From positions 1,160,831 through 1,224,830 of the forward strand of contig CM082578.2 of the NCBI GenBank assembly GCA_040954595.2: 64,000 bases of DNA, in the 5' to 3' direction. A program made the position numbers and the translations under genes. Of this stretch, positions 1-12,246 are shown one piece after another (the first letter of the stretch is position 1; each line of letters opens with the position of its first letter). This stretch comes from Balanoglossus misakiensis. Taxonomy: Eukaryota > Animalia > Hemichordata. The notes under the pieces are model-generated. The model saw only the letters and a program-made list of their open reading frames with translations, was not told where the DNA came from and made no database searches.

Positions 1-163
1 TCACTATATATCCACATGTACCGGGTGAATAACATAAACAGTGTCTTGTATCAAACATAATTAATGGAAAAAGGGCAGCAAGAGAGATACTAAATCAACA
101 GTAGTGTCTACGTTTTAGCTGTACATATTTCTGTTGACATGTCAGTTGTAGATAGTTACATAC

Positions 164-286
164 CTGTACAAGTTATTCCATCACCAGTGAAACCAGTTTT
201 GCAAGTGCATTCATATCCTGGTACAAGATTCCTGCAAGTGGCATTTGGGTGACAGTCATCCAGACCAAGACGACATTCATGTGCAT
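164..286 (-). CDS. Exon: calcium-binding EGF-like domain
   Basis: ttctag|...|gtatgt; reads (D)AHECRLGLDDCHPNATCRNLVPGYECTCKTGFTGDGITCT; phase 1-1; absent from the ORF track. Confidence 0.9.
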
Positions 287-3200
287 CTAGAAAACAAAAA
301 TTCTTGCAATGTCTTTAACTGACCACCAAATAAAACTATGGGATCTTCATACATATCACCAGTTAAAGGTATACGGTCACCTATGGAAAATTAGCTATAG
401 TTACCATGGCAAAAGGAGATCTAGCCAATCACGGATTTTCAGTGGGTGGCACATGCAAAAAAGAGCGCCACCATATGTTCTTTAGAACTCTCATATACTC
501 CATTTCTGCCATATATGGGCGTTTGTAAATTGGAGGTGACTGTATACCTTTAAGTTAGATGACTACCCAGATGCAGTGCATGGTTATCACATTCCATAGC
601 CTAAGATGTAGAATTCTGAGAAAACAGTATTACAATATTGTTATTTCCGTGAAATTTTCAGAAAAGGTGTTAAAAGAGGAGCATTATTAAATTATATAAA
701 AATATTGGATCACACAACATATCAAATGATACTCTAAATAAAGAAGAAAATTTCTTATAATGAAGTGTTTGTGTCAGATTGAACAGTTAAGGTTGATCTC
801 CACAAGCACTTCATGCATGTTATCAGTTCTATGATTATGAAATATTTATTCCTACCATCACATTCTGTTTCATATAAGGCACCCTCTCTGCCTGTAGTGT
901 AGCCAGTTGGGCATGGTTGACAAGCATCCTGGTTGAATTCAAAGTTATATGTTCCAACAGGGCATTTCTCACATCTATAGGACTCCTGATTCAAGTACCA
1001 ACCAACATTGCAGTAAGCTGTTGATGGAATGGAAAAGAGCATATAATAAAATTGGAGGACTATCATTATTCTGAACAACTGAGGCACAATAATACAACCT
1101 TCAGTTCAGTACAGTTGAGATACAACATGAAAAGTTGTATACATAATACTTACAAACATTACAATCTTCACTTAAGGTTGAACCGACTGTTCTTGTGGTG
1201 AAGCCAAATGGGCACGGCATACAAGATGGCTGAAGTTCAGCATTTGATCGATAGGTTCCCATGGGACACGACTCACAAGACCCATTGACACTAAGTTGGA
1301 CTCCCACTGATTTACATACCTCTGTAATTGAGAAGATTAATTTTTTGATATTCACGATTATCTGCTTTTCACTCACGTGAATTTGTTAAACTGTTGAATA
1401 TGTTACATATCTGGCGGTTCTAAAGTAAAAACCTACTCGGAAAAAAGTTTACTGGATGCCGAAATATTGCTTGCCTGTCACTTACAAATGATAACGCCAT
1501 GGGTACGTCACATGGCCAGATCATGTGATTGATAGTCAAGAATAGCAAATAACACAAGTACCTACCCTGACATTGTGACTCATCAGTAGCTCCTTCAACT
1601 AATGTAAGCATTCCCTTTGGGCAAGTATTACACACAAACTTTCCTTCTTCTGATTGCCAGAATCCAATGGGGCAGCTTTGGCACTGAGAAGTCCCGTTGT
1701 CAAAGTAGTGACCAACATCGCACCTCTCTGCAATAGACATCATTGTTGAAAACTTATTTTTTCAACCAAAGAGATGAACATTCCAATTGTCATTCTTTCC
1801 ATATTGGATCACACCACAATAATTTGATATATACGTCACAATTCCCGGCAAGGGGTATGGGGTTTTATCGGGCCAGTGGCATGAGTGAGGCTAGACGCTA
1901 GTTTTGGAAGCAAAGCGGACAAAATACGGCTAGATACTAGGCTATGGCTGTGGACGAGGAGGAGATATTGCCTTCTGTTATACATACCAAAACACTGCAA
2001 GATGGATAATGATCTCTTTCCCCTGGTGACTCCATTATTTGGACAGGCATTGCATGCTGTTTGTCCTTCAAGGGGTTGATAATATCCAATTGCACAAGGA
2101 TGGCACTGACTCAGCTCAGTGTCATGGTACGACCCTTCAGGACACAATACTGTGGAAATACAAAATGTTGAAGGCAGATGTATACATTGTTCATGTACTG
2201 ATCATTATGCATTAATGGTTTAAAACACAACTACAATTGTAACACACAGCATTCATTTTGGCCAGTTTTTCACTTTTGTGTCTACAAGTGGGATTGCAGT
2301 TGTGTGTGGTTGAATGTTGATTCACTATATATCCACATGTAGAATAACATTAACTGTGTCTTCTATCAAACATAATTAATGGAAAAAGGGCAGCGAGAAA
2401 GAGACTTTGTCCCTCCTTGGTATGAGCATATCAAATCAATTATTTCCTTATATCACCTCTTGGTTGGGTTGTATTTACCACTCACACTTGTCTTTAATTT
2501 GTACACTGCGACTCACAACCACACTCGCAGCAATACGGCCCACCTAACAGGTCATATCAGGCGATATAAACATATTAACATCTACACCTTTTTATAATAT
2601 TAATTTTGGACAAAGTTTTAATCCTTTCACCACCATGGTTCAGTCCAAACCAATTGTTTTCTATGGTAAGGTTTGACCTCTATAGAGGAAACTGGGAGTG
2701 AAAGGGTTAAAGTACATAACAACTGAGGAGTATAGGCACTCACCACATTCTTCTCCAACAAGAACACTACCATTGGAACAGAATATTGTACTTTCAACTT
2801 GTAATGTCTCAGCGTCGACCGAATATTCAGCTGTATCAAAAGGACCATTCTTGACTGCATCTTCAATAACTACAGCTGCAGCATCAGCAGAGCTAATGGA
2901 TAAAACAACAGGCAAAAAATTCTTACATATGCCACATTACAATACCAACCAGAAGTGTGTACTGTAAACTGAGTTGTTTTCACGACAGGAAATTTTCGCG
3001 ATATTAAAAGAGGTGACTGTTACGTGAGGACGAATTTTCGAGTTCTCGTATTTCACTAACTGCATCATTATCTCCAAAAACATTTTACACAACTTTTTAT
3101 TTTAACGTTTTTTTGACCAGCACATGTTTTGCAGAAATTTACTGCTCGCGAAAATAACACGTTTTGCAGTATATTTCGAATGCATGAATCTTTAGAATAC

Positions 3201-6200
3201 AGGATGCCGCAACATGAAGGAAGGTGGGCAGAAATGATGGGGTTGCCAAAAACTGAAAATGTTTGAGTGTTAAGACACAAAATAATTTGTTTTCACTTGC
3301 ATGAATGGAATATTTTGCAATAATGCAAACACCAGCTGTATAGGGAATACAGAGCTGGTCCTCACACAGCCTGGGATCAGTACCCTAGACATGTCACCAA
3401 AGTCATTTCAATAGAACAGAAGGGGAATGAAATACTCGAAAAATAACAATTACTACTCACGCATTGGTTGTGAAACTGAACTGAACCACAAGCTGAGTAT
3501 CAGCCTGTCTCTTTCTTCGGTTTGAGGCGCCGCAGGTTATTTCAAGGTCATCAAAGTTGCATTCACCGCCACAAATACCAAACAAATCATTCAGATAGTT
3601 GATAGTGTTCATAAAACTGATCCTCAATTGCTGGATGACACCATTGTTACATGTACCAGCCTGTGAATTGTATGACACGCCACAATTCACTCCACGTTGA
3701 GTCTTCCCAGGAGCTGCAGTAGAACAATACAAACAAACAAATTTTGTTAAAGATGCAATTTTCAATCTAGCGAACGATGTATTGACTTAGACTGCGAAAC
3801 CGCTTAGCCAATCAGGAAAGTTACAGCTGCTTACCCAGAACAAAATATTAAGAAAATAGCTCAAATGTACTGGAGCTTTATATTGGGGTAAGCAGATATG
3901 ATGTTAACAAATTATCTACCTGTAATCACAACCTTGACATACTGTAAAGCAAGAATTTGCATTACTCATATTTCTCTTTTCATTTATAACTAAAAGAAAA
4001 TTGTCTCAATGCTGGAATACCCCCTCTCACAACTCTCTCTCTTTGGAGAATTTTCTGAATGTGCATGTGCAACCTGATTATATTTCTTTACTGATACCAA
4101 ATCATTTTTTTCGCACCTGAACATCCAGGGAAGGTGAATTCCTCGTCTGGATTCTCAGGATTAAAAGATCCTTCACTATGGCAGAGATAGTAAGGTGCTG
4201 GCAGGCTTGCAAACTTGTATCCTGGTAAACAATCCACCTGACAGAACACACCCGACTCAAACTCATTACAGATGGAAATACCTTTAACTGGTGGTGCTGG
4301 CTTTTCACAATCAAATGATGTAAAAGAAAGGAGAACACAGTTTATTTGTCTATATATATATTTTTAATTTTATTTCATCTATCATCCAACAGGCAAATAC
4401 TACCCAAATGTCTGTGTCTCATATATCATCCAACAGGCAAATACTACCCAAATGTCCAGGTCTAGGTAACGAACCCACAACCCTAGCAACTAGGGCGCAA
4501 TGCCTCTTTTACCAGGTTCACACAGGGTAAAATTTGAGACACTATTTGCCAGTGCTAACCACAGAGCATTAATCCTTTGAGTCATGTTGTGTCCACACAC
4601 ACAAAGTTTATGTATGGGCGCTGAGGCTCGGCCACATAGACAATGGGTTGCAGAGAGGTGTTAATCCTTACACCGGCTCAGGTCTGGCTGGCAGAGCCGT
4701 CTAAAATCTGAGACGTTTCAGGACCACTTACACCGTCCACACATGTTTTTTTAAGACAGTATCAATTCTGAGATGCTTCAGAACTGTCTTAATGGTGTAT
4801 GTGTGACACCCATATTTATTACACAGTCAAATCTTTTAAACAGAACACCAACACATTAACATGTTTCTATGTAAAAGGGACTAAGAAAAGCTGTTGGTTG
4901 AAGAGAGGTTTCCCGATTAGACAGGGTTTGTTTTAGACGGGTTTGAGTGTCCTTGTATGTTCTGAATGATGTTGTTATAATTTTTGATAGTTACATAGGG
5001 ACAAAAGTGATAATGATGCAATCATATTACTGTAAAACGGCAAATTTTCCCAAACTTCGGCAAAAAAGAAGAAGAAAATAAAGTCGCATAAAATGTTTTT
5101 CAGAGATAACAGAGTAGTTAGTAAAATACTAGAATGCGGAAATTTAATTCTTGTGTCACAGTTGCCTCTTTTGATATATTGCAAAATATTTTCTGTCACG
5201 AAGATGTCCCGTTTTACAGTATGTGACAAGACATAACAAGGGGTAGAGATTTGTCAAGATATTAATTAATTTGTAAAGTTTATGTATGAATGATAAAAAA
5301 ATTCACTCACGCAGTACATAGAGTAAAAAGTTGCACTGTGCATTGTTGCCAGCTGTATCTGAAGCAACATAGCTGATCTGGTAGGTTCCCCAGGAAAAGG
5401 TGTCACCTGTAAGAACAAAATTATGCACATCATTACAGGCATGGGTGCTAAAGCCAAAATAGCTTCCGTTTCTTGAATGTTTTTCATGATTTTCTTTTCA
5501 AACTTAGAATGGTCCATTTAAGTGAGCTATCTGGTGGGTATACACAGGCATATTATCAACTCCTGATTGTGACTGTACATATAAACATGAACAAGATATG
5601 TATACTAAACAGATATGGTGCCGCACACGTTTATTCAACTGCCCATTGTAAGAGAACACAACATTTGTGGTATGGGTATCCCCAGTAGTAGTGGAGAATA
5701 TTAAGTACTTTACTGATTAAAGGCCTTGCTCAACAGTTGGTCAAATCTTTTGTTTCCAATAAACAATTACGTGCAAACACAAATGCTTTCGAGTTTTAAC
5801 TTCATTGTACTGCCCTGGGATCGAGGAAAGGGCCTATAAACATATGGTAATAGTATCAGCAATTGAGGCTTTAATACTTGGAAGCAAGATCATCTGTCGC
5901 ACATAGGATGTGCTAGCCATATATGAGTAACGGCCACAAGAATACACTGTACCAGTATGCTTCATACTGACCATAATCTTAGGAAAGTTGTCTCAGCTTG
6001 TTGGTTTCTGTTTAGATCAACTCCCCACCCCACCCCGATAAAAAAAACTTAGTTAGTGTGAATGTTATATATTATCTATAATCAGAAATGATATTTTATA
6101 GGAAACTTACCCATTGTGTAGGTTTGTGTCACATTGGCAATGGCGACATCATCTGTAAATATAGGCTCCTGCCATACTCCTGTTGTCAAGCTATTAGGAC

Positions 6201-7878
6201 TAATTATACGGGTCGTATTGGGACAGTAAATGACTTCAGGAGCGTGTTTATCTGAAGAAAAAAAAAATGAAAGAATAACAAATGTTTGTAAATTAAACAA
6301 CTGGTCCACACCCCCTATGCATACACTGGTACATTTAGGTAAATGCACTACTAGATGTTAATATCTGTCACATATTCATGAGAAATCCAGATATTGTTAA
6401 GTGCTTGTTTTCTGATACATGTGAATAGACTAGATCACTGTCAAGAAACACTACAAGATAGGACAGGAGTCATGAGATGGTATCCATAGGCATAATAACT
6501 GATATGCTCAATTACACTCATGATAAGCCTAGTTCTTGGAACAGCAGAAACTGATGATGATGATGGTGATGATGATGACGATGATGATGATGATGGTGGT
6601 GGTGGTGGTGGTGATGATGATTATGATGATGATGATGGTGATGGTGGTTGTGAATAGTATCATTACATTCAGTGTTAAATACATGTACGGTAGAAACAAA
6701 AAGAGTGAGCGATACAGGCATGGGCAGATGATGATTCCCTATACTTCCTAAAGTAGGGAGATTGCAGGCTGTGTGATTGGAGTACAACACACAGCAGCTA
6801 GGGGCTGGTGAATGTACACAGGAAAAACTACTCAAAATTTCACACAGTTTTCCCTGGACAGACACAACATTACAAGGAGAGCTGTGTTAAAGTAAGGATT
6901 TAGGATTAATCAACTCTGTGAATATGACCCAATTTCTCCTCGTCAGATTATGCATAAAATTGTTTGATAGTAATGAATAAGGCTATTTACCAACAGGTGT
7001 GCATGGTGAACCAGAGTAACCAATTGGGCACCTGGTACTTCCACAAGCTGATGGCTGGATTTTGACCACACTACCCAATAACTCTTGATCCATTTCAACC
7101 CACATGACATGATTGCCAAGTGGACTTTGTGAACAGTTCAAAGCCAGACTGTGGATTTCAACAGGAGTCAATACATAATCGTATACATTCATCTGTGTAA
7201 CATCACCATGGAAGCTAAAATAGTTGTCAAGGAGTCCATTTTCGTCATAGCTTTGACCAAGAATTACCATACAGCTGTTGAAAAACAAGAGAATAATGAA
7301 TTCATTAAAAGTGCTGGTAAGAAGTTGTCAAAAATAAACTGTGAAAATCAGTATCGTTCCGCATAAGTTTGAATTTGAAAGTGCCACGAAGATAGCTTTG
7401 CTGATGTCCATAGTTTGCTCCCTTGATTTTTTTGGCCAGTTTTGTTGTAAGTCGCAACATGTTATGATGATATTGTATTGTCATGTAGGAGTAAGACAAG
7501 CTACCTAGCAGATAAGTTATAAACAAGATAACTGCTTCACAAATAAATGGTTCACTTCTCTTGAGGCTTGGGAAAACTTGACAGTATAGGAAAATATAGA
7601 ATTTTAACATGTGATGATGACAATTTTCTATGGCTTTGTAGGAGTTAAAAATGTTCGGAGTTCCACTAGCAACTTACTTTTCTGAGTCAGCGATACCTGT
7701 CCAGGATGGAAGGGGTGATGTTACTGCAACACCATTCAAGTAAACTGCCACAATGCCTTCTTCAATTACCATGACAACATTATGCCACGAGTTGTCATCA
7801 ACTGATACGGTTACACCATTTGTACTGACAGATAGACTTCTGTCCAGGACAAGAAGGGTACTATCAACTTGGGTTAAG
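164..7878 (-). CDS. Multi-exon extracellular protein gene, Uninflatable/SVEP1-like (pentraxin-EGF-HYR-Sushi-Ephrin_rec_like x4-EGF_CA); partial, continues below base 1, upstream exons not seen
   Basis: 12 exons with phase-compatible splice junctions: 7678-7878, 6991-7274, 6111-6251, 5311-5406, 4117-4317, 3461-3713, 2744-2892, 1988-2149, 1566-1727, 1154-1321, 856-1017, 164-286. They join into one open frame with recognisable domains. Confidence 0.85.
367..549. mobile_element. MITE, Kolobok-like (AGG...CCT, TTAA TSD)
   Basis: TIR aggtatacggtcacct / aggtgactgtatacct, flanked by TTAA at 363-366 and 550-553. Confidence 0.8.
856..1017 (-). CDS. Exon: Ephrin-receptor-like (GCC2/GCC3) Cys repeat
   Basis: YCNVGWYLNQESYRCEKCPVGTYNFEFNQDACQPCPTGYTTGREGALYETECD; AG/GT ends; 162 bp. 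Confidence 0.9.
1154..1321 (-). CDS. Exon: Ephrin-receptor-like Cys repeat
   Basis: CESCPMGTYRSNAELQPSCMPCPFGFTTRTVGSTLSEDC; tacag|...|gtaagt. Confidence 0.9.
1566..1727 (-). CDS. Exon: Ephrin-receptor-like Cys repeat
   Basis: RCDVGHYFDNGTSQCQSCPIGFWQSEEGKFVCNTCPKGMLTLVEGATDESQC; 162 bp; AG/GT ends. Confidence 0.9.
1988..2149 (-). CDS. Exon: Ephrin-receptor-like Cys repeat
   Basis: LCPEGSYHDTELSQCHPCAIGYYQPLEGQTACNACPNNGVTRGKRSLSILQC; 162 bp; AG/GT ends. Confidence 0.9.
2273..2414. repeat. Right arm of the foldback MITE family also at 1-90 and 15216-15517
   Basis: Shared string ttcactatatatccacatgta...atcaaacataattaatggaaaa..ggg at all three sites. Confidence 0.7.
2622..2706. mobile_element. 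85-bp piggyBac-type mini-element
   Basis: ttaa|tcctttcac...gtgaaaggg|ttaa. Confidence 0.65.
2744..2892 (-). CDS. Exon: linker leading into the Cys repeats
   Basis: SADAAAVVIEDAVKNGPFDTAEYSVDAETLQVESTIFCSNGSVLVGEEC; phase 2-1 fits both neighbours. Confidence 0.85.
2962..3169. mobile_element. TA-flanked MITE (Tc1/mariner/pogo-type)
   Basis: ta|ctgtaaac...gttttgcag|ta with internal tttcgcg/cgcgaaa motifs; resembles 5030-5219. Confidence 0.55.
3461..3713 (-). CDS. Exon: region with RRKR furin-type site
   Basis: APGKTQRGVNC...ITCGASNRRKRQADTQLVVQFSFTTN; tgcag|...|gtgagt; phase 1-2. Confidence 0.85.
4117..4317 (-). CDS. Exon: Sushi/CCP domain (acceptor is non-canonical AT)
   Basis: Frame not shown in the ORF track: (P)FDCEKPAPPVKGISICNEFESGVFCQVDCLPGYKFASLPAPYYLCHSEGSFNPENPDEEFTFPGCS. 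Donor gtgcg; acceptor ttttacat. Confidence 0.8.
4560..4808. repeat. Interspersed repeat (PIF/Harbinger-like MITE fragment); inverted copy at ~17488-18110
   Basis: gagaggtgttaatccttacaccggctcaggtctg here is the reverse complement of cagacctgagccggtgtaaggattaacacctctc at ~17612-17645; flanking segments also match. Confidence 0.65.
5030..5219. mobile_element. TA-flanked MITE (Tc1/mariner/pogo-type)
   Basis: ta|ctgtaaaacgg...ccgttttacag|ta. Confidence 0.6.
5311..5406 (-). CDS. Exon: HYR domain, C-terminal half
   Basis: GDTFSWGTYQISYVASDTAGNNAQCNFLLYVL; ttacag|...|gtgagt. Confidence 0.88.
6111..6251 (-). CDS. Exon: HYR domain, N-terminal half
   Basis: DKHAPEVIYCPNTTRIISPNSLTTGVWQEPIFTDDVAIANVTQTYTM; ttcag|...|gtaagt. 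Confidence 0.88.
6552..6648. repeat. (TGA/TGG)n trinucleotide microsatellite, intronic
   Basis: Directly visible; produces the spurious poly-His and poly-Met/Val ORFs. Confidence 0.95.
6991..7274 (-). CDS. Exon: pentraxin/LamG C-terminal part plus EGF-like motif
   Basis: VILGQSYDENG...SFHGDVTQMNVYDYVLTPVEI...CPIGYSGSPC matches the pentraxin LGQ..SF.G.....N.YD..L pattern. Confidence 0.88.
7678..7878 (-). CDS. Exon: pentraxin/LamG core
   Basis: VDDNSWHNVVMVIEEGIVAVYLNG (D..WH.V...G...VY.NG motif); ggcag|...|gtaagt; phase 2-2. Confidence 0.85.
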
Positions 7879-8115
7879 CTGCCAAGAAATTCAAAACAGA
7901 GATTAGACATAAATCGGTGCATCAGCTGGTACTTTTGGGAAATTATCACACTTTTTTCAAACTGCACCACCTTTAGCCCATACAGAAGTATGTACTGAAC
8001 TATGTACAAGTATTATGAACCCTAAGTATGAGTGCATATGCAAGTTTAAACCAGACAAATAATAAATCTTCGCCGCAAAGGAATATGGTCGCCACCGTGA
8101 GAAAATGCAAAATAC

Positions 8116-11100
8116 AATTAAAGTTGCAAGCAGCGTTGGCGGGGCACAAGCGGTTCCCATGGTAACAAGCAAATGACAAGGCTGCATCTGCTGTGGATAC
8201 CAAGATATTGGAAAGTAGGTCAAAGGTCACCTGAGGTCACCCCAAATTTGGGCAAAAAAATCGGACCCCATACTAGTCTAGGTCCAACAAAAACCAAACA
8301 CCTAGCTCTATTGGTTCGCCTAGAATTAGGTATGCGCATAATTAATGAGGTCTTGTGTAAGACTCCATATCTGCTCCATCGGCCCTCCAAAAGCCAGGAC
8401 TCTAACTGCTGTGGATGCTGAGATATGGGAAATTAGATCAAAGGTCATCCAAGGTCACCCAAAATTTGGGCATAAAATTTTGACCCCAGAGTGGGCCATG
8501 TCCAACTAAAACCAGACCTATTGGTTAGCCTGGAATTAGATATGCAGAAAAATGATGTTTCAGAAATAGGTCAAGGGTCATTGCCAAAATTACCAAAATA
8601 GTTGTGTCATGTCCTGGCAGCATTGGTACCCATGTCCACAAAATTCATGACTGTGGTGCTTTTACAAGAGGAGGTATGGGGATATGCATATATAATTAGT
8701 TGTTTTAAAACTGGGTCAAAGGTCATGTCAAAATTGCCCCGAAAAATTGTAACAACTTCCGGTCATATGATGACTCATATCCAAAAAAAGAATTTACGTG
8801 CTGTCAACATTTTGGCTACAAAACAGAATTTTCATTTTTCAATGGTTTTCCGAAAATCCAACATGGCCGCCATAATGATCGACCAATCACAGTGCGCTTC
8901 GCAAACTTGAAAAACATAGGTTAGGTGACCACATACCCCGAATCCTGTGACTCGGCAATCGCTGGTTCTGGAGAAGAAGATTTTTAAAGTTTTAAGTAGT
9001 TTTTCAGAAAAACAATTGTAGCAAAAAAACTTTATGTGTGACGTCATGATTTCAATGGGGTAAAATGATGGACAGAAGGTAGGCTACCTGCACACCAAAT
9101 TTGAACTCGATCGGCCCAGTAGTTTTTGAGAAGGACTCGTTTAACGATTGTCAGGAAATGCAATATGGCCGCCAGGTCACGTGACTAATTAAATATTCAT
9201 GGGCCACTGCACGTCTACTCATTGGCCCCTATCACCCTACCAAGTTTCAGCCCCCAAGGTGCAGCGGTTTTCCAGATCTACCTGGCCGAATTTCTCGGAA
9301 GAAGAAGAAGAAGAAGAAGAATTAAAGCTGCAAGCAGCATTGTCCGGGCCCAAGCTCTATTATCTGATCTGATAGTAGATATGCACATAATTAATGAGTA
9401 GAAACATAATGCTCTGTTTTATCCCATGAAATATCAAGGTTATATCTATGTTTGGTGTTGATATAGTGTAAAGTTGGTCAAAGGTCTCCCAGGGGTCACC
9501 CACAATTTGGGCAGAAAATTTTGACCCATAATGGTCCATGTCCAACAAAAACCAGACCTCTAGCCCTTTTGGTTAGCCTGGAATTAGGTATGCACATAAA
9601 TAATGAGTTAAGCAGGTGTCACAGGTGACCCAAAACTTTGGCTTTTCATTATGGCCCCATACCTCCAAACGCCATGGCTGTATCTGCTGTGGATGTCGAG
9701 ATATGCAAAAGTAGGTCAAAGGTCACCCAAGGTCACCCAACATTTGGGCAAAATATTTTGACCCCATACTGGTTCATGTATAACAAAAACAAAACCTCAA
9801 GGTCTATTGGTTCATCATTAATTAGGTATGTGCATATTTAATGAGGTCAGCAGAGGTCAAAGGGGTCATGAGAAGTAGCAAACTTTTTTGATCACATACA
9901 AATCCACATACATCAAAAACCAAACTTATAGCCCTATTGGTTAGCCTGGAATTAGATATGCAGAAAAATGATGCGTCAAAAGTAGGTCAAAGGTCATTGC
10001 CAAAATTACCAAAATATTTATAGCTTATTCTTGTCATATGATGATTCATATCCATAAAAAGAATTTCTGTGCTATCAATTATTAGGCTAGAAAGGGAATT
10101 TTTACTTTTTAATCGTTTTTCACAAAATCCAATATGGCCGCCATAATCTTCGACCAATCACATTCATCTTCGCAAACTTGATAGACATCTGTTTAATGAC
10201 CACACACACCAAATCTTGTGACTCGGTTATCGCCGGTTCTTGAGTAGAAGATTTTTCAAATTTTACTAGGGTTTTTCGAAAATCCAATATGGCCGCCATA
10301 ATCTTGGACCAATCACTATGATCTTCGCAAACTTGATAGACATCAGTTAGGTGACCACATACCCCAAACCCGGGGTTATCACCGGTTCTGGAGAAGAAGA
10401 TTTTTTAAATTTAGGCCAGATTTCAGAAAAAAAATTGTAGCAAAAAAACGGCAACTTTGTCAGCATAAATTCCAATTACAAAAATGATGGACAGAAGGTA
10501 GTCTACCAGCATGCCAAATTTGAAGTCGATCTGACTTGTAGTTTCTGAGATTTGAGATTTGCATTTTTTCAGAAAATCCAAGATGGCCGCCATGTCACGT
10601 GACTAATTAAGTATTCACAAGTCACTGCACATCTACTCATTGACCTTGACCTCTGTAGCAAGTTTGAGAACTGTACCTGCAGCGGTGTTTGAGATCTAGA
10701 GCGATAAAGAATGGAACCAAGAATAAAGAAAGAAAGAAAGAAAGAAAGACAGAAAAACCCCAGCGAAACCAATACGGGCCCAAGCCTGGCTTGGCTTGGG
10801 CCCGTAATTAAAGCTGCGAGCAGCATTGTTGGGCCCAAGCGCTGATCTTGAATTATATATGCACAGTATGAATGAGAAGAAACAGAATTTTCTATCGGAT
10901 GTATTATCTCATGACATAACAAGGATGTGTGTATTTTTGCTGCTGAAATAGGGTGAAGTAGGTCAAAGGTCACCTGAGGTCACCCAACATTTGGGCAATT
11001 TTTTTTTACCCATACTGGTCCATGTCCAACAAAAACCAAAACTCTAGCTCTATTGGTTCGCCTGTAATTAGGTATGTGCATAATTAATGAGGTCAGCAGA

Positions 11101-11521
11101 GGTCAAAGGGGTCATGAAAAGTAGCAAAATATTTTGATCACACACTAATCCACATTCATCAAAAACCAAACCTCTAGCCCTATAGGTTAGCCTGGAATTA
11201 GATATGCAGAAATAATAACGCGTGATAATTAGGTCAAAGGTCATGTGAAAAATCGCCAAAAAATTGTTATATATTTTAGTCACATGACGATTGATATCCA
11301 TAAAAAGAATTTGTATGCTATCAATTTTTGGACTAGAAAAAGGAATTTCAATTTTTCTCTGTTTTTTACAAAATCCAATATGGCCGCCATAATCTTCGAC
11401 CAATCACAATGCTCTTTGCAAACTTGATAGACATCAGTGTAGTGACCATACTCCCCGAATCTTGCGACTCAGTCATCGCTCGTTCTGGAGAAGAAGATTT
11501 TTGGAGTTTAACTATGGTTTT
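8116..11521 (-). mobile_element. Cluster of three non-autonomous Helentron-like (HINE) elements: old variant 8116-9319 (headless, ends in (GAA)n), type A 9320-10805 (complete), type B 10806-11521 (truncated)
   Basis: Minus-strand layout: T-run, hairpin head containing the subTIR gggcccaagc, (TCTT)n microsatellite, internal tandem repeats, reverse subTIR, gctgc-tt-gcagc stem-loop, tttaatt. This is the DINE-1/HINE layout. Confidence 0.8.
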
Positions 11522-11865
11522 ACAAAAAAACAATAAACCCGCTGTACCTCCGCATGTCTCCACAAGAGCTAGGAGCTCAAAATCGGTCGGACGCAGACCA
11601 GCGGTCTGTCAGGTGTAGTAACCGTAACACCAATAAAGGTAGGTTTTCATTGATTCTAATAGGTCTCCGTTCATCAACATTTCAAATATTCTCCATAATC
11701 CAGTAGTTGCCACTGTACTTGAATGAAATATTTCCTTTCAAACTTCCAAATGGTAACCGAATCTCAAATCGCAAATCTTTCCATTTTAATAACGAAGTCG
11801 GATGCCGAAATTACCAACTCACTTTTTCTATCGGACTCCATCATTCTAATACTTTACTTCAATGT

Positions 11866-12246
11866 TCAAAAATTGTGTAAAACAATATCCACTCTCAATC
11901 TATATTTCAGGTTTAACGGCGTAATGGCATCCCCGGCCTTTGCTCTATCATAGAGGCAAATGGTATTATCTCTTCCAGTGGAAAAGTTGCGGAGCTGTAC
12001 GTATTCTCCCTTCTGTAATCTGTTCAGCCACTTCGGATTTTCTTTCCAGAATTTAAGTTCCAGAACGTTGCCATCGTGCTGCATACAAGGCACGCTAAAC
12101 AGTTTCCCGTTGGCGGAATTCCGGATCTCGACATCCTCCATGACGCGCAATTTCACAGCCATGCCTTGGCTGGTTGCAGATGATGGAGCTAAGGTACGTA
12201 ACAATCGCACCCCGAAACGCCTGGGCCCTTTTTTGTGTGTAGTCAT
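11866..12246 (-). pseudogene. Candidate OB-fold (RPA/SSB-like) coding remnant
   Basis: AVKLRVMEDVEIRNSANGKLFSVPCMQHDGNVLELKFWKENPKWLNRLQKGEYVQLRNFS has an OB-fold-like strand pattern; coding-like sequence continues past a stop; by-eye call only. Confidence 0.35.

Noticed and set aside
6518-6865. Poly-histidine protein
   Set aside because: Intronic trinucleotide microsatellite; not needed for exon phase continuity
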